Positions 24,929-26,644 of a stretch of 26,644 nucleotides of DNA are shown here, in pieces. Position numbers and translations under genes: made by a program. The DNA is taken from positions 1 to 26,644 of IMG/VR virus record IMGVR_UViG_3300005805_000398. One strand, 5' to 3'. Position 1 is the stretch's first letter. Each line of letters begins with the position of its first letter. The notes under the pieces are model-generated. The model did no database searches, was not told where the DNA came from, and saw only the letters and a program-made list of their open reading frames with translations. The stretch is from a virus (taxonomy: Duplodnaviria; Caudoviricetes).

Positions 24929-26644
24929 TTAACTAGCGATCGCCATCAATTTGACCAGCCCTGCCTTACGCAGTGTTTCCTGTCGAAGCTTGGCTTGAAA
25001 GTACGGTTTATCCTCGTCCTGCGCCGTCCGATACAGCTCCAGCCAGTATTTCTCCCGCTTCTCGCAGTATATATACTGAATCTTAGCGATCGCACGGTCA
25101 ACTACCTCCTTAACGTCACCAACGATCGCTTCCTGCATTGCGTAAGGGATATCCGAAAAATATTCGTCCAGAAACCTCTCCCACAATGCACAGTGCTCTT
25201 CATGGGCGAACTCAATCTCTTGAAGCAGGATATATCCCCGCAAATCGGGATGGTGGACAAAGGCTTTTAGTATCTGCATTTCGGCTAGTTGTAGAGCAGT
25301 ATAATTGGGTTTTGCGGCAACCTGTGGTGATTCAGATCGGAATACCGATCGCGCAAGTCGATGTAAATCCTCCTCGATGCGAACAGCTAAGCGAGCATTG
25401 CCTTGGGCAAGTTTTTGGGCGCACTTATGGGTATAGTGGCTGCGGCGCGGATCGATTGGTAGTGGGGCGAGTATCTGCGCGATCGCCTGATTAGCTTGCT
25501 GAAATTGGGCGGAGTCGTTGAGATCTTTGCCTTTTAGTTCGAGGTCGATCAGCCAATCGAGGTATAGCGGCGCATCGCGGAGCAGGGATAAGTATGCCTC
25601 AGAGCCGTAAGTGGTTAGATATTCGTCGGCATCTTTCTTGCCCTCAATAGTCAGTACTCGCAGATTTACCGTGCCGTCTAGAACTAAGTCTAGAACTTGG
25701 CTTACAGCTTTTTTAGTTGCGGTAATACCCGCTTTGTCCGAGTCAAAGTTAGACACTATTCGCTTGGATTCGGTATGGCGTAATATCTGCTTGATTTGAG
25801 CGGCGCTTAGCGCTGTACCCATAGAACCAACAGCATGGGTAATCCCATTTTGGTGCAAGGAAATTACGTCAAGATGCCCTTCGACAATTACTGCCTCGTC
25901 GTTCTTGGCGATCGCGTCACAAGCTTTGTCTAGTCCAAACAGTAGTTCGCCTTTTTTGAACAACTCGGTTTCGGGCGAGTTGATATACTTTGCGCCGTCG
26001 TTCTCACCGCTTAACGATCGCACAGAAAATCCAACCACGCGACCACGAATATCGGTGATCGGGATGATTAGGCGATCGCGAAATCGGTCGTAGTAGCCCT
26101 CGTTTTCTTTGCGCGGTATTACCAGTCCCAATTCTTCAAGGGTTTGAATAGGGATATTTAGCTCGGCAAGATTACTCCACCCCGCAGGCGCGTAACCAAG
26201 CTTGAATTTCGTACATGTATCTCTGGAAATTTTGCGCTTTTCTAGGTATGCAAGGGCTTTTGTACTGAACTGTTGCTGGTAGTAACGGGTGACTTTGGCG
26301 ATCGCGTCGTAGAGGTATTCTCTATGCGATCGCTCCTCAATAATTTGCCGAGCATGTTCAGGCTCTTCGGTTTTAATCTCGACGTTGTATTGCTTAGCTA
26401 GATTGATTACCGCTTCAGAGAAGGACTGGCGACCCTCTTCCATCAAGAACTTTATTACTCCACCCGATGCCCCGCAGTTATGGCAGTAGTACATATTCTT
26501 GCTGGGGTCTACCGAGAGGGCGGTGGGGTTCGTCCCGTTGTGAAATGGGCAAGCGCCACGAAATGAGTGTCCTGAGCGTTTTAGGACTACGCGATCGCTG
26601 ACAATATCTACGATGTCGGCTTTATCGTTTACGGCAGCGATCGT
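24929..26644 (-). CDS. dnaG: DNA primase DnaG (5' end truncated by the window edge)
   Basis: The frame stays open to 26644 (TIAAVNDKADIVDIVSDRVVLKRSG.SF.GACPFH...MYYCHNCG, CHC2 zinc finger); YDRFRDRL..PI, KYINSPETELFKKG, TOPRIM VEGHLDVI, FDSDKAG, KDADEY. Confidence 0.97.
   Translation of the reverse strand, partial: TIAAVNDKADIVDIVSDRVVLKRSGHSFRGACPFHNGTNPTALSVDPSKNMYYCHNCGASGGVIKFLMEEGRQSFSEAVINLAKQYNVEIKTEEPEHARQIIEERSHREYLYDAIAKVTRYYQQQFSTKALAYLEKRKISRDTCTKFKLGYAPAGWSNLAELNIPIQTLEELGLVIPRKENEGYYDRFRDRLIIPITDIRGRVVGFSVRSLSGENDGAKYINSPETELFKKGELLFGLDKACDAIAKNDEAVIVEGHLDVISLHQNGITHAVGSMGTALSAAQIKQILRHTESKRIVSNFDSDKAGITATKKAVSQVLDLVLDGTVNLRVLTIEGKKDADEYLTTYGSEAYLSLLRDAPLYLDWLIDLELKGKDLNDSAQFQQANQAIAQILAPLPIDPRRSHYTHKCAQKLAQGNARLAVRIEEDLHRLARSVFRSESPQVAAKPNYTALQLAEMQILKAFVHHPDLRGYILLQEIEFAHEEHCALWERFLDEYFSDIPYAMQEAIVGDVKEVVDRAIAKIQYIYCEKREKYWLELYRTAQDEDKPYFQAKLRQETLRKAGLVKLMAIAS

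Larger units (their letters stand above)
483..26598. repeat. Dispersed HIP1 octamer GCGATCGC
   Basis: Roughly 60+ copies by hand count (e.g. 483, 591, 1231, 3901, 11901, 13201, 13321, 17582, 26591); uniform-random expectation is about 0.4 per window. Confidence 0.95.
1..26644. mobile_element. Cyanobacterial tailed phage or prophage segment
   Basis: Portal, gpF, gpG, structural genes, Dam, DUF4326 and primase; HIP1 enrichment; apart from the host-like dnaG, no cellular housekeeping genes. Confidence 0.9.

Overview
A 26.6-kb segment of a tailed phage or prophage of a freshwater-type cyanobacterium. The HIP1 octamer GCGATCGC occurs roughly 60+ times by hand count, against about 0.4 expected at random. 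From left to right the window holds: (1) a minus-strand head module with Mu gpG-like and gpF-like genes and four candidate internal/ejection proteins; (2) an oppositely oriented ~6.8-kb plus-strand cassette of Ala/Gly/Ser/Thr-rich virion decoration or fibre-like genes ending in a candidate holin; (3) a DUF1073-type portal and further minus-strand, probably structural, genes; (4) a divergent regulator pair, a Dam-family methyltransferase, a DUF4326 gene and a host-like DnaG primase that runs off the right edge. No terminase, major capsid protein or integrase was recognised. The most striking element is a plus-strand insert at about 17580-18990. A 243-aa protein of unknown function is followed immediately by a ~310-380-nt structured non-coding region containing two circularly permuted tRNA-like domains (T-arm, loop-closed 7-bp acceptor stem, D-arm; no anticodon loop and no CCA). 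These domains have the topology of YrlA-type Y RNAs, but no Ro60/TROVE gene is present. The linkers carry 6-nt periodic ARRYTN repeats. All family assignments come from motif recognition by eye, not from database searches.
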